A stretch of DNA of 49,264 bases from contig MRSU01007705.1 in assembly GCA_008369845.1 (NCBI GenBank), positions 1 through 49,264 of the forward strand. Direction: 5' to 3'. This stretch comes from Trichomonas gallinae. Lineage: Eukaryota. Each line of letters opens with the position of its first letter. Position 1 is the stretch's first letter. The notes beneath the pieces were generated by a model. The model saw only the letters and a list, made by a program, of their open reading frames with translations, was not told the DNA's origin and did no database searches. This document shows, piece by piece, positions 1-10,892 of the stretch. The translations under genes and the position numbers were made by a program.

Positions 1-90
1 AGAATTACAAAACAAAATGTCAGAATTACAAAACAAAATGTCAGAATTACAAAACAAAATGTCAGAATTACAAAACAAAAATGTCAGATT
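1..90 (+). repeat. 21-bp tandem repeat (AGAATTACAAAACAAAATGTC) x4 plus partial; may continue beyond the window start
   Basis: Units start at 1, 22, 43 and 64 (4th has one extra A), then a degenerate AGATTACC. Confidence 0.95.
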
Positions 91-129
91 ACCAAAAAAG
101 GAAGTTCCTCCGTCACTTTTTATTTAAAA

Positions 130-483
130 ATGATTGATCAATATGTTGATAAGCAAAGTCAGGAGGAAAGGCAGAACATTCTTGATAAAGCCATTCTTCT
201 CGCATGCCAGAAGATCATACAGCATGAAGTTCATGATAAGGCAACAAGTTCGTATATCAACTCTGTCTCATCACTAGTTTCGCAGCTTTTAACTCAAATA
301 GTTGCTCGTGATCTTGTCTCATTTGCCAAGCATGCAGGTAGAAAAGAGATTACTGTTGATGATGTAATTTTATTATCAAGAAAAATGCCAAATACTTATC
401 TGCACTTGAAAGAGTTCAAAGAAAAACAGCTTGGATTAGGACCAAAGCCAACTAAGTCAAGGAGCAACAAGAAGCTAATCTAA
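130..483 (+). CDS. CENPS: CENP-S/MHF1 histone-fold protein
   Basis: 117 aa; DLVSFAKHAGRKEITVDDVILLSRK matches the CENP-S/MHF1 C-terminal histone-fold signature (DLEMFARHAKRTTINTEDVKLLARR type). Inr-like TCACTTT at ~113. Confidence 0.85.
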   Translation: MIDQYVDKQSQEERQNILDKAILLACQKIIQHEVHDKATSSYINSVSSLVSQLLTQIVARDLVSFAKHAGRKEITVDDVILLSRKMPNTYLHLKEFKEKQLGLGPKPTKSRSNKKLI

Positions 484-624
484 TGATTTACAGTTTTATC
501 ATTATAACAATGATATATTTATACAAAACAATATGTTTCATATTTTTCTTCTCAATGAATGGTTTTAGAAAAGAATGATACTTAAAATGAACAATGCATA
601 CATTTATTAAAACAACAAGAACAA

Positions 625-2205
625 TTACGCAATAGTTTTTGGAACCGCAAATTTCTTTGGAGCTGAAATTCCACCAGTTAAGGTCTTTCCGCTCTTGGTT
701 CCTCCCTTTCTCTTTCCCCTCTTCGCCTTCTTTCCCTTCGTAAGCGTTTTCGCGTGAGTAGCAACTTTTGCTGTTTTGATTAACTTCGGCGGTTTCGGTT
801 TCGTAGGTATTGCACTTACAAGCTTTAGTGTATTACCCTCAAATGGGAAATATTTCATATCAATATCCATCATTATGAGTAAGTTATATTCTTCTGTATA
901 TTTTGGATCTGTTTCTCTAACTATTGTAAAGAACTGTTCAAAATAAGGCGGAGTGCTGCCAGAAGCCCAAGCAGAAGCCGCTGAAATCATGACGATTCTT
1001 CTCATCCAAGGTAAACCGCCATGCATTAGCCTAGCTAAGCTCTCGCAGATCAAGACAGCTCGCTGCTCATAGCGTCCGCGCAAAACTGTAAGAGAAACGA
1101 ACATAAATAGCATTTTGACGAAATGAGAGAGCCATTCGCGAAGATCTGTATCCGAATCGTATTGTGTAGCTAACTTTAGTAAAGCGGAAAAGCAAGCTCG
1201 ATGCCAAACTTTAGATTGCAACATATTCCAACCTAAACAGACAACAGTTGGTGCAGGTCCGGCAACGAGTGCCAAATCGCATATATTCTGTATGTCGTGT
1301 GTCGAATTTATCCCCATCATTGAAATAACTTTTATCATTTTAAATCCACGAAGAATCCTTGGCCTAATTGTCATAAAGAACCTTAAAACGTAATTATATG
1401 CTAATTCTTTTTTTGATACTGCGTTTAGAAGCTGGAATGCGAAATCTTCAAGCTCTTTGTCTAAACATGTGAACATAATTCGTTTCATGAAGGAAATATA
1501 TAGTCTAGACAAGCACAGAGCTATATCCTGTGGCGCTTCTTTGATAATTGCAATCGTATTTGTGTTGAAATTTTGGAGATATTCTTCTGAGTTTGGATTT
1601 CCACAGAGACTCGCTAAAGTAAGCTCGTAAACAACTTCTGCAATCTTAAGTCTAAAGTCCCACGATCCGACTCCGCTGGTATTTCCAGAAGGTGCGTGAA
1701 AACTATAATACATGTTAAAAAGTGTATCCATTTCATATGTTCCAGTCAAAATCTGCGTCCAAAATGGATGATTCGTATCTTTTAGGTGTAATATCGCTTG
1801 TAAATATACATTTGGATCCGCACAAAGATAAGGGGCGTTATATACAATAGAAAAAGGGCTGAACATGAGTGATAAATGCGTAAAAAATTTGATGCAATCC
1901 GACATCGTCTCAGGACGTAGCATCTTTCGATGTTGATAAAGAAAAGAAAGAAATTCTGAAAATTCTGTTAATGGATCGGGTACTGTTTCTACGCATAAGA
2001 ATGATGCTACGAAAGATCTAAGCTCATTCCAGTATTCTGTGTCGGAATTTTTCGGAATAACATTTGTTGATAATATCGGTAGTATTTTTGCGAACACGAA
2101 GGTTGTTGCTTGTGGCACTGAACACTTCGGAGGTCTGTTTTGCAGTGGCAGTGAGCTGACAACTGAGTTCCACCATCGAAAAGCATCACTCATAACAGAA
2201 CTCAT
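625..2205 (-). CDS. hypothetical helical protein with Lys-rich basic C-terminal tail
   Basis: 526-aa ORF with no recognised domain; basic tail KGKKAKRGKRKGG. Confidence 0.8.
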   Translation of the reverse strand: MSSVMSDAFRWWNSVVSSLPLQNRPPKCSVPQATTFVFAKILPILSTNVIPKNSDTEYWNELRSFVASFLCVETVPDPLTEFSEFLSFLYQHRKMLRPETMSDCIKFFTHLSLMFSPFSIVYNAPYLCADPNVYLQAILHLKDTNHPFWTQILTGTYEMDTLFNMYYSFHAPSGNTSGVGSWDFRLKIAEVVYELTLASLCGNPNSEEYLQNFNTNTIAIIKEAPQDIALCLSRLYISFMKRIMFTCLDKELEDFAFQLLNAVSKKELAYNYVLRFFMTIRPRILRGFKMIKVISMMGINSTHDIQNICDLALVAGPAPTVVCLGWNMLQSKVWHRACFSALLKLATQYDSDTDLREWLSHFVKMLFMFVSLTVLRGRYEQRAVLICESLARLMHGGLPWMRRIVMISAASAWASGSTPPYFEQFFTIVRETDPKYTEEYNLLIMMDIDMKYFPFEGNTLKLVSAIPTKPKPPKLIKTAKVATHAKTLTKGKKAKRGKRKGGTKSGKTLTGGISAPKKFAVPKTIA

Positions 2206-2853
2206 TTTTCAGAAATGGAAAGTTTCTCAATTTCCAGTTCATTCTGATATGCTCCTCCTTTATGATGCAATTTGAATTTTTTAACCTCACCCACCATGAA
2301 AATATGAAAAATATTTTAAAAATATTCCGAAATTCTATAATTCATTCAATTTTACATGATAAATCAAAAAATTATTTAATGCAATTGGTATTATTATAAA
2401 TAATTAACATTTCTGTCGCTTAAAAATCCAACATTTTTTTATTCTTGGGAAAATTTCTATTAAAAACCCCATATTAATATCACTACTTATGATAGGTATA
2501 GCACGAATTATTAAGCTTTACATTGAAAAGATAAAAAACAATGCAGTTAATCTAATATTTTATGTGGGCATCACAAAATTAATATTATTTATCAATAACC
2601 AATTTGGAATTTTAATTTGTTAACATTAAAACAAAATATATAAGTAGATACCTATATAATAATTTAATATGATATAAAGTGATTCATTTTTCAAATTTAA
2701 AAATGTAGTTATTATGAATGGATAAAATCAATGATTTGACTATATATCGGTTTTCTAACTATATAAGATGAGTTATTCGTTCAAATTGTTTGGAACTAAA
2801 TAATTGTGTAAAAGTTCAAATATATGCTTCAAGTAGTGCAGATTATACATAGA

Positions 2854-3255
2854 TTACATTCGAATTATGATGCCTATCATGAATAAAGAGAGGAATAGAA
2901 TCGTCAAAATTTTGATGATTCCTTCTTTCTTAGCATAAGGTAGATTCTTTCGAGCCTGCAGGTAATTTGTTGACTTCTTATATGTAGCGATCATGGAATA
3001 CTCGTAATAAGCCATTATTGGAAATAAACAAGCTTTAAGTTTCGAATTGAAAGCTAGATAAACAGTGATAGTCGTGAGAATATAGAGTATTGTAACAATC
3101 CTATTGCAATTTATATAAATTGAATTCAATTTTGTTAATGATATCCTTTCAAGCTGAAAATCAGAAAGATTGAAGAGCTTTATAGCATAAATGATCAAAA
3201 TTGCCAAGAAAATTGCTAGCGTTTCTATGACATATATAGCAAAAGAATCTACCAT
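2854..3255 (-). CDS. cornichon/Erv14-like ER cargo receptor (divergent)
   Basis: 133 aa, three hydrophobic segments; C-terminal KKEGIIKILTILF resembles cornichon QKEGWCKLAFYL; LSDFQLERIS sits where cornichon has xDLxxDxxNP. Confidence 0.55.
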   Translation of the reverse strand: MVDSFAIYVIETLAIFLAILIIYAIKLFNLSDFQLERISLTKLNSIYINCNRIVTILYILTTITVYLAFNSKLKACLFPIMAYYEYSMIATYKKSTNYLQARKNLPYAKKEGIIKILTILFLSLFMIGIIIRM

Positions 3256-3623
3256 TTAAAAATATATCAATTTTATAATTTACCGGGATTGACACATAAA
3301 TCTAACAAATATTCAATTTGCCAAATAAACCAAACAATAATTTTCGTATCGTCAAAATTATTAATTTTATTTGTCAGATTTCAGTCACTCATGTTTAAAA
3401 ATCAAATATTACGCTAAAAGTCATTCTTGCTGGTCCACACAACTTTGGAAAGACGATACAATGCATGCCAAAAGACTAGTACAATGTACGTAGCATTTGT
3501 TTTACTTGACAAAATATTAAATATCACTTTACATGATAGAAATGTCAAAACACACTTTACATGACAAAATTTATTGACACTTTTCTTTAGCAAGTTGTCA
3601 CTTTCCAGAAATTTTGGTTGTGT

Positions 3624-5054
3624 ATGAAATCTATTGAAACAAAACCAAATTCTGTGAAAACTAGCATGAGCGATGTGCTAGATGTGCGAGTGAAAAGCGT
3701 TACGATGAAAATTTTATCACAATCAGAACGTGTTGTAAAAATACAAGAAATTATTCAAAAAACAGATTTTCTTATAGAAAATGTTCGAAACCATATAGAT
3801 GTTACTGAAGTACATGCAATAAATGAAGGATTAAAAGAAGATCCATATAAAATTATCGGAATTCCAGAAGAATTTGCAAAAGTCATCGAATTTGCTGCAA
3901 ACTGTTTAAGCATGGATTCAAATCCAGAAATATTAAGTTGCTCTTTACAAATCATGCGAAGTTTTCTTGATAATTTAGATTATTTTCATCCTATTTGGTA
4001 TCTTACAGAAATTCCATCAAAAATACAACAATACGCAATGTATCCTGATCCAGATTTACAGACAATGATATCTAGCCTTTATCTCGATCTATCTGCTGAT
4101 CCAGATATTACACCAGAATTCTGTCATATTCTTTGCGAAAATTTTCATGAAATAGCAATACAATGGGCATTAGTTCATAGTAATATCGATTGCAGAAGAA
4201 ATTGCATTTGGTTTTTTGGAAATCTTTTTATGAGCAAATATATATACTCAGAAGAAGCAGTTCTTCGCGTGATAAATGTTACATATGATATAATGGGACA
4301 GAGGGATATGAGCGTTTATGAGCAATGCTGCTATTGCTTAGTTCAAGTTCTTAAAAATATCAGTTTTGATTCTACAGAAATTTTCCAGAACTTATATGTT
4401 CTATTCTGGAACATCGCATCTACAAAAACAGTTGACCCAGAGACTGGTGCCGAAATTTATTCGTTTTCTTTCGGAAAAGATTCGAGCGAGTTAGCAGAAT
4501 TATTGCTGAGCTGTTTCGAATTAACCGATAATATTGTTTCTATTGTATGCTATCAGTCTATTTTCCATACTATTTTGACCACGCATGACAACTACATAGC
4601 TTCATGCTGTGGATCATTACTCACGAAACTGGTGTCAACAGATGTTGAAAATTGCAGTGATTTAATTACAACAATGCTCGTTGACGGTTTGATGAATGTT
4701 CTGTCTGTTCTATATGAAAAATCATATATGTGCCAGCTGCTGAGCGTCGGCGTGTTCAAGAACCTGATATTTCTAGGGACAATGGAGAGCAAAATTGTTG
4801 CCATGACTGACCAGTTCATGAGCAAGTTGCTCGATTTCATTGAAAATGTTGAGCACGAAATATCTGTCACACTGATGACAGTCATAAAACTTGCTTTCGA
4901 GCAATTCCAGTCGCATGCTTTATTTGGAAAAATCATCGAAGAGTACAGCACAGAAGGCTGGATAGAGCAGATCCAGAGTATTGTTGAAAATGAGAATGAA
5001 GAACTTTCGCATAATGCTTTGGAAATACTTCATTTGATGGGAGTTGAAGAATAA
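3624..5054 (+). CDS. ARM/HEAT-repeat protein
   Basis: Long ORF (track start is TTG; first ATG 3624, alternative 3666). Helical ARM-like segments such as RRNCIWFFGNL and EELSHNALEIL. Stop forms TAAA. Confidence 0.7.
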   Translation: MKSIETKPNSVKTSMSDVLDVRVKSVTMKILSQSERVVKIQEIIQKTDFLIENVRNHIDVTEVHAINEGLKEDPYKIIGIPEEFAKVIEFAANCLSMDSNPEILSCSLQIMRSFLDNLDYFHPIWYLTEIPSKIQQYAMYPDPDLQTMISSLYLDLSADPDITPEFCHILCENFHEIAIQWALVHSNIDCRRNCIWFFGNLFMSKYIYSEEAVLRVINVTYDIMGQRDMSVYEQCCYCLVQVLKNISFDSTEIFQNLYVLFWNIASTKTVDPETGAEIYSFSFGKDSSELAELLLSCFELTDNIVSIVCYQSIFHTILTTHDNYIASCCGSLLTKLVSTDVENCSDLITTMLVDGLMNVLSVLYEKSYMCQLLSVGVFKNLIFLGTMESKIVAMTDQFMSKLLDFIENVEHEISVTLMTVIKLAFEQFQSHALFGKIIEEYSTEGWIEQIQSIVENENEELSHNALEILHLMGVEE

Positions 5055-5367
5055 ATAATTTTGTTTGTTTGTTGTTTGAAAATAAAAGTTATTTTATTGC
5101 ATCATTTCGATTTCTTCAACCTTTCGTTTGTGATTAACACCACGAGATTTGTATCTGTTCCAAGTCCAGTGCAACCACCTTTGAAATTATCTGATGTTTT
5201 CTTGTTGAAAACTTAGTAATCTACATAAAAAGAGTGTGAAACCACAGTACTGCTGAAGCTAATTTATACATTGAGATTGTGATTTAAATGCAATTCTGCT
5301 AATCAAAATTTAAATTAAGCTTTTATAAGAAAAGAATAGTATAAAATGGAAAGAGAGTAGGCTCAAA

Positions 5368-6354
5368 TTATGGGCCGAGAGAATCATTATGGTTTTCGTC
5401 GGATTTTGGTTTCCTATCGATGCAAATCAAAATCAAACAAACAATGCTGACAACAATTAGAACGGAATCAACAACCCACAACGCGATCATTCTTTGATAA
5501 GCATGGCTTACCACAGGCATGTGATCAAGACCGGTCAAATGAGAAAGAATGTTTCCTAATCTATAACCAGCAATTGTTATTCTGTCTCTGGCTATATTCT
5601 GAACTTCTAAGAAGTATGACTGTGGTGGAGTGCTGTTTGCAGGAACTCCATAACCTTTTGATTCAGCAATTTCAAAGCTTTCAATATTCCAGGCAAATGG
5701 ATCGAATGTTTTGAGATCTTTGTCGCTATACTTTGATTCTGGTCTATCCTTTAAGAGCCAAGAAACATTCTTGTAAAATTCTTTCTTATATTCAGGAACA
5801 AGTGGATCCCTAATTGGATAAGCAGATCCAGCGGAGTCCCAAAATGCGTGCATATTCTTGCAAAGTGCACCGTAGGAGCAATTTAATAACCATAAATTTC
5901 CACCAAGATCACCTGTTGGATATTCTTCAGAGTAGAGCATTGTGTTATGATGAGGAGTGTGCATATCACCTAAGAAGTGAATGAAGTTCCTTACATGAAA
6001 AGCCCAAATAAAAGGATCTGTTGTTGTTGGATTGTTAAGTGTTTTCCAAGCACCGTCAAGATATGTTGTAATATTATACGTATTAGATTTTGGATAAATT
6101 GGCACTGTTTTATTTCGCATAATTGGGTTATTGGAGAAATGCCATGAAGCCATACCATAAAGTTTATCAGTCTTGAGATCATCTTGCCATGTAGCTGTAC
6201 CGACCATCGTTGAATTTGGATATGGAATGATTTGTATCAATCTTTCAATCTTGTTAATTTGGGATTTTGAGAGTTTCGATGCTGCAATTTGTGCTACAAG
6301 TTTATGTGAATGTCCCCACCAAGACAAGCTATGTGAGAACAACGCAAAAAACAT
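5368..6354 (-). CDS. S1/P1 (class I) nuclease with signal peptide and C-terminal transmembrane anchor
   Basis: Short signal then WWGHSH; Zn-ligand motifs WQDD, WHF, HFLGDMHTPHH, DLGGN, HAFWDS; TM IALWVVDSVLIVVSIVCLILICI. Confidence 0.92.
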   Translation of the reverse strand: MFFALFSHSLSWWGHSHKLVAQIAASKLSKSQINKIERLIQIIPYPNSTMVGTATWQDDLKTDKLYGMASWHFSNNPIMRNKTVPIYPKSNTYNITTYLDGAWKTLNNPTTTDPFIWAFHVRNFIHFLGDMHTPHHNTMLYSEEYPTGDLGGNLWLLNCSYGALCKNMHAFWDSAGSAYPIRDPLVPEYKKEFYKNVSWLLKDRPESKYSDKDLKTFDPFAWNIESFEIAESKGYGVPANSTPPQSYFLEVQNIARDRITIAGYRLGNILSHLTGLDHMPVVSHAYQRMIALWVVDSVLIVVSIVCLILICIDRKPKSDENHNDSLGP

Positions 6355-6678
6355 TTTTAGCTGTTTTTATTTTTTTGTCAGAATAATACTCACAATTTTG
6401 AATTGAATCGTCATTACTACAGAAATTCGAATCCGCTTATTCAAATGTCAGATTTGAATTGACAGATATTTTAATCCGTTTTCTCCATAACCATCAACAG
6501 TCTCGCAAACATTATAGATATTGATTTATTATGTCAACTTTATATTACTCATTAACTGATAATTGTGATTTACGGAAAAGCAGATGGATCCATAAAAAAG
6601 TCAGATTTAAATGTCAGATTTGTCATGTAAATAAGAAAAGTGACAGTTCTAAATAACACTTTTCGACATCCAACAAAT

Positions 6679-7085
6679 AAATCATATTTGTGATTATGGG
6701 ATGCATTTCTACATCATATGAGAGATGTATCATATGATCACAGACATGATTTCCTATAGAAAAAGAATTCTCAAAATTTTCTTTTTTGGGAGCTATTAAG
6801 AGTGACTGAGCACATATTCAATGATAAAACAATCATAGACTTCAGTGAATATATCTTTCGTAGTCTCTTGATAACTTTCAGTAAGATATTCTTTTAATTT
6901 TAGACAAAATTCAAGTAAATCTTATATGTGATCACATGATGCATTTCTCCATTATATAAGAGATGTGCCATATGATCACATATATGATTTTCATGAGATA
7001 AAAATATCTTTGATAATCTTCTCATTTTCGATATATTTACACATCATATGAGAAATGCCTCACATGATCACAGGCATTGCTTCCT
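6679..7085. repeat. degenerate ~74-bp palindromic element, two full copies plus one half copy
   Basis: Copies at 6679-6752, 6917-6990 and ~7038-7082; in copy 2 the arms AAATCTTATATGTGATCA and TGATCACATATATGATTT are 17/18 complementary. Confidence 0.8.
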
Positions 7086-7255
7086 TCGGAAAAAAACGGA
7101 TAAACTCCTGATTTATTGGAATATGTTATTTGTCTTCGATGCGGAATGAAGCTTCCTGTAGTTTTTTGACACGTAAAAGCGACCTACAAGTCGTTTCTTA
7201 TTAAACATAGAACTATTCCAATAAATAACAGGTTTAGTTAAAAAAAATAATAATA

Positions 7256-9991
7256 TTAAAATCCGGGCTTCGGAGCTGGGAACGTTGGTACAATTTTTGC
7301 AACATATGCAGAGTCCGTTGTACCCTTCTTAATTGGTGTTTTGAACATTGTGTTGAAGCGTGGCTTGTTTGACAAATCTTCGGGGTTTTTGTTCCTCAAC
7401 TCAGGTGGTTGCCACGGCTCTTGTATCTGCAATGTTGCTGGGGCAACTGTTCTTCCAAGAATTTCTTCGTTCTTGCCAGCAGGAGCTACAACTGTGCTGA
7501 AGCGTGTGTTGTGATCTATTCCCTTTGTTATATACTGTGGCTTGTTGTTTTGCTTGTCATTGTAATCCTCCTCGATTGAAATCGGCTTCTGCTGCGAGAA
7601 GTATCCGCCCTCTTTGAGTACTGTGTTATACTTGTCGTAAACTGGGCCTCTCACATCTGAGAAGAGTCTCTTATCACCAGTGCACAGCGGCTTGTCTCCT
7701 TTATCCCACGGATCATGGTTGACGTCGACTTTCAAAGCAATTGGATCGGAAATCAGCCATTTTTGGTTCGCGTAGTGATTGAATCTCTCTCCACCTCTTA
7801 CTTCGGATCCATCTGTCTCTCTGAAGAGTTTAGCAAGGCCTGCGCCTGATGTCGCTGCTGCTAGTGGGACGAACTTCTCTCCCTCATCAGGGTAGAAGTC
7901 AGCAGGAATTTCAGGCTTTGAGTATCCTGGCCTGAATATCAGAATTTCTGCATCATCGGTTCCTGAAATAACTGCTGGGTGGTTTCTATTCCTCTCTTCT
8001 AATGCTCTGATTGTCTCCATGTTCTTCTGCTGGTAATACTGCAGCGTGTGGTCCTTAACCTCAACAGTCTCCTTCTTAAGTGGAACGTAGTTGAGCGGCT
8101 TTTCGTCTTCTTCCATTTGCAAAAGTTGTTCTTGCGAAAGTTTTCTCGTTAATGATCTGCTCTTTTCGCTCTCTGTTTCTTGTTCTCTTGGCGGGAAAGA
8201 CAACTCATCGAGGGATAATAGTGTTCCGCACTTGGCATTCAGCATCTCTATGTCAGCTTGAATAGGCCAAAGGTTCTCTGTGTCAAATTCAGTCAACGAT
8301 TTTGCGTCTTCGATTCTTTTGAGTGTGTTGCAAACTTTAAAGCAGTTCGATAGATGTGAGTTATGCACATAGAGCTGCGGCTCAAGCAGTAATTCACTGA
8401 GTGGAGTAGCAAGTTTGAACTTCTTCACAGCGCAGTCAAGTGTTCCGTAAAGACGTGGAGATTTGTAAAGGTTTTTCTCATTGGCCAAAACAACAATTCT
8501 TGATCCAGACGGTTGCAATGACATGTAGGAGTGTATCTGTATAGAAGCTTCGCTGCCTTCTATCATTTCTAGAATAGTCAGTTCCACTTCTCCTGTCATC
8601 ATGATGAAGCCGGAGATTGCTGGAATATCTTCCTTCTCGAGCTTCATCGATGAAACTGTTGCTATGTCTTTTTGCTTGAATGCTTCAGCGTTGATTTTGA
8701 TGATGTTCGCTTGGAGCCCGTTCATGAACATCTTCTCCTTCGAATTCAGCTGGCCTGGCGCGATAATGACGACTCTGTTCGTGTTGAATGTTGGCTTAGG
8801 CGCGTTCTTGTCATCCTTAGCGTTGTGCGGTTTTTCCGCCGCTTTCGCTTTCGTCGGTGGAGCAACTGCGGCTTGGACAGCCATTTGTGGTACAGTTTCC
8901 TTCATTGACTCAATTTCGATCGACATGTACGTGCCTGACGTTGTGTATGCGCCTGGCATGATGACTGTATCGCGAGTTTGCACTGGAGTGAATGGAATCA
9001 TAAATCTTCCAGTTTTAAGTTGAAGAGAAAGCTCTGCATATGGCCTGATTGTGTTAGCATCCTTCTTTACACCAAGAATCTGATCGAAAGAAAGGGCCTC
9101 CTGCTTTGGTTGCTTTGTAGCTTGATCTGGAATTACGAAAGATGAACCTATAATAACTGGAATTTCTGGTGTTTCTATATCTCTGTCGTGGAGTTCGATT
9201 GTAAGATCAGCTGTTGGAGTCTGCCAAAACATCACAGCGATATTCATTTTCAGATCTGATCCATGAGTTGCTGGCATCGTACAACAAGTGTACTGAGGTG
9301 TCTGAGACTTGAGAATAATGTATGGACCAAGGCACATCGATGAAAGATCTTCGAAAGATATTGGAGTATTTGGAAGTTGATGAATTCCCTTCAATAAGCA
9401 AACAGTTGGCTGGTGGCGTCGAATTTGTGCATCACTTAACAAAGGATGGTCCACAGAAATTGTTATTTTGAAAGATGTGAATGAAGGAGGGACACAGGAA
9501 GTCGTATATGTTAAAAATGGCTTGAATCTGCCACCTCTCACTAAAAGGCAAGTTGCATCAACGAAAAATGTGTGATTTGTCACGTGAACTTGAGATTTAT
9601 CATTTCCTTTCTTTCCACCAGCAGCTCCTTTTGGCGGTGCTTTGCCATGGGCAGCTGACTTATAAAGAAAAACGATCTTGTATAGTAGTCTTTTCTCGCG
9701 AATTTGATTAATAAAGGCGTCGTCGATCGTAACTGGCATCGTATTTACCCATTTTGTTGTAGGATGACCGATTTCTATCTTTGGAGGCTTCACTGCTTTA
9801 CCTAGTTGGTGTGGAAACTGAAAATCTAAGTCGCCTTCGAAAGGCTTCGATGGATCTTCTTCTGCTTCAACGGTGAATGTGAAATTTACAGTGTGATTTC
9901 CAACGGGGTCGTTAACATCAATGCCACAGCAGTCTAAAACGACTGGGACGTCCGGCTGTTGCTGGCCTTTCGCGTTCTTTTTCCCCTTCAT
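7256..9991 (-). CDS. 911-aa hypothetical protein, possibly CFAP92/KIAA1257-like ciliary protein
   Basis: Long intact ORF; beta-rich C2-like segment with LTIELHDRD and basic KGKK-type inserts seen in flagellar proteins. The family guess is from memory and weak. Confidence 0.6.
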   Translation of the reverse strand: MKGKKNAKGQQQPDVPVVLDCCGIDVNDPVGNHTVNFTFTVEAEEDPSKPFEGDLDFQFPHQLGKAVKPPKIEIGHPTTKWVNTMPVTIDDAFINQIREKRLLYKIVFLYKSAAHGKAPPKGAAGGKKGNDKSQVHVTNHTFFVDATCLLVRGGRFKPFLTYTTSCVPPSFTSFKITISVDHPLLSDAQIRRHQPTVCLLKGIHQLPNTPISFEDLSSMCLGPYIILKSQTPQYTCCTMPATHGSDLKMNIAVMFWQTPTADLTIELHDRDIETPEIPVIIGSSFVIPDQATKQPKQEALSFDQILGVKKDANTIRPYAELSLQLKTGRFMIPFTPVQTRDTVIMPGAYTTSGTYMSIEIESMKETVPQMAVQAAVAPPTKAKAAEKPHNAKDDKNAPKPTFNTNRVVIIAPGQLNSKEKMFMNGLQANIIKINAEAFKQKDIATVSSMKLEKEDIPAISGFIMMTGEVELTILEMIEGSEASIQIHSYMSLQPSGSRIVVLANEKNLYKSPRLYGTLDCAVKKFKLATPLSELLLEPQLYVHNSHLSNCFKVCNTLKRIEDAKSLTEFDTENLWPIQADIEMLNAKCGTLLSLDELSFPPREQETESEKSRSLTRKLSQEQLLQMEEDEKPLNYVPLKKETVEVKDHTLQYYQQKNMETIRALEERNRNHPAVISGTDDAEILIFRPGYSKPEIPADFYPDEGEKFVPLAAATSGAGLAKLFRETDGSEVRGGERFNHYANQKWLISDPIALKVDVNHDPWDKGDKPLCTGDKRLFSDVRGPVYDKYNTVLKEGGYFSQQKPISIEEDYNDKQNNKPQYITKGIDHNTRFSTVVAPAGKNEEILGRTVAPATLQIQEPWQPPELRNKNPEDLSNKPRFNTMFKTPIKKGTTDSAYVAKIVPTFPAPKPGF

Positions 9992-10892
9992 ATTTGATTA
10001 ATAACGTATTTATTTGTAACTTTGTTTTTTACTTGTTTGCATATAATTTTATATGTATTTCACTTTTTGTAATATAAAGGTACCAAAATATTGCTTATTT
10101 TTATGAATTCTTAAGATTTGTATATTTTTCCCTCTAAAAAGCTATAAATACAACTTATTACAGTCGAAATAAAGGAATATTGGATGTCTGGCCCACATTT
10201 GCTAAGCAAATCAACTAGAATAAAATAATTCGAAATTAAACCGACAACTAAGCTTTTAGACTTATCATATCTTCTCAGAATTACCTATTGTAAACATTCT
10301 ATCGGTTCTCGTTAAATAAAGACAAATATTTATTTATCAATATATAATATTTTACAAAACATAACAAATGGCCATATATACAAGTCATTAGCATTTACTG
10401 TATGTTGAATAACAATATATACTACATATTTAAGTAATGAAATATACTTAAGTCATAAAACTATATTCTATTATCTAAGCAGGTCATCTTAAGTATATTC
10501 ATGAAGAAGCATCAGCTTGTACAACAAATTTTTATCCTTATTTAAGTAATTGCTACATTAAAATTCTATATAACTCGTAGATATAAGTGAATAATATCCC
10601 AAATTTGACTACCTGATGCTTCAATCAAATGCGGATTGAACTTGTCTAATCATTTTATTTTGGAAATTAATATTTTTATGAGTTTGTCAATATTAATGCA
10701 TTATGTAATACATGCATATTATGAGATATTAAATTTGGATCATAACATGGGGTCTGCTTGTTAATCATTGACAATAAAATTAATTTGACTTTGATAAGTG
10801 TGATTTCTTGAATGTAAATAGTTGATAAGAAAGTAAACCATTTGAATGACTCAAAAGTCAAAATTTGTTTTTTTAATGAAAAATTTATTTTT

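Noticed and set aside
1..90. Regular short repeats as a possible CRISPR array or telomere.
   Set aside because: Head-to-tail units without spacers, no cas genes, eukaryotic context, and not a G-rich telomeric unit.
5093..5280. Minus-strand fragment FQRWLHWTWNRYKSRGVNHKRKVEEIEMMQ* resembling a protein C-terminus.
   Set aside because: Too short, interrupted by stops upstream and unassignable; at best a relic.
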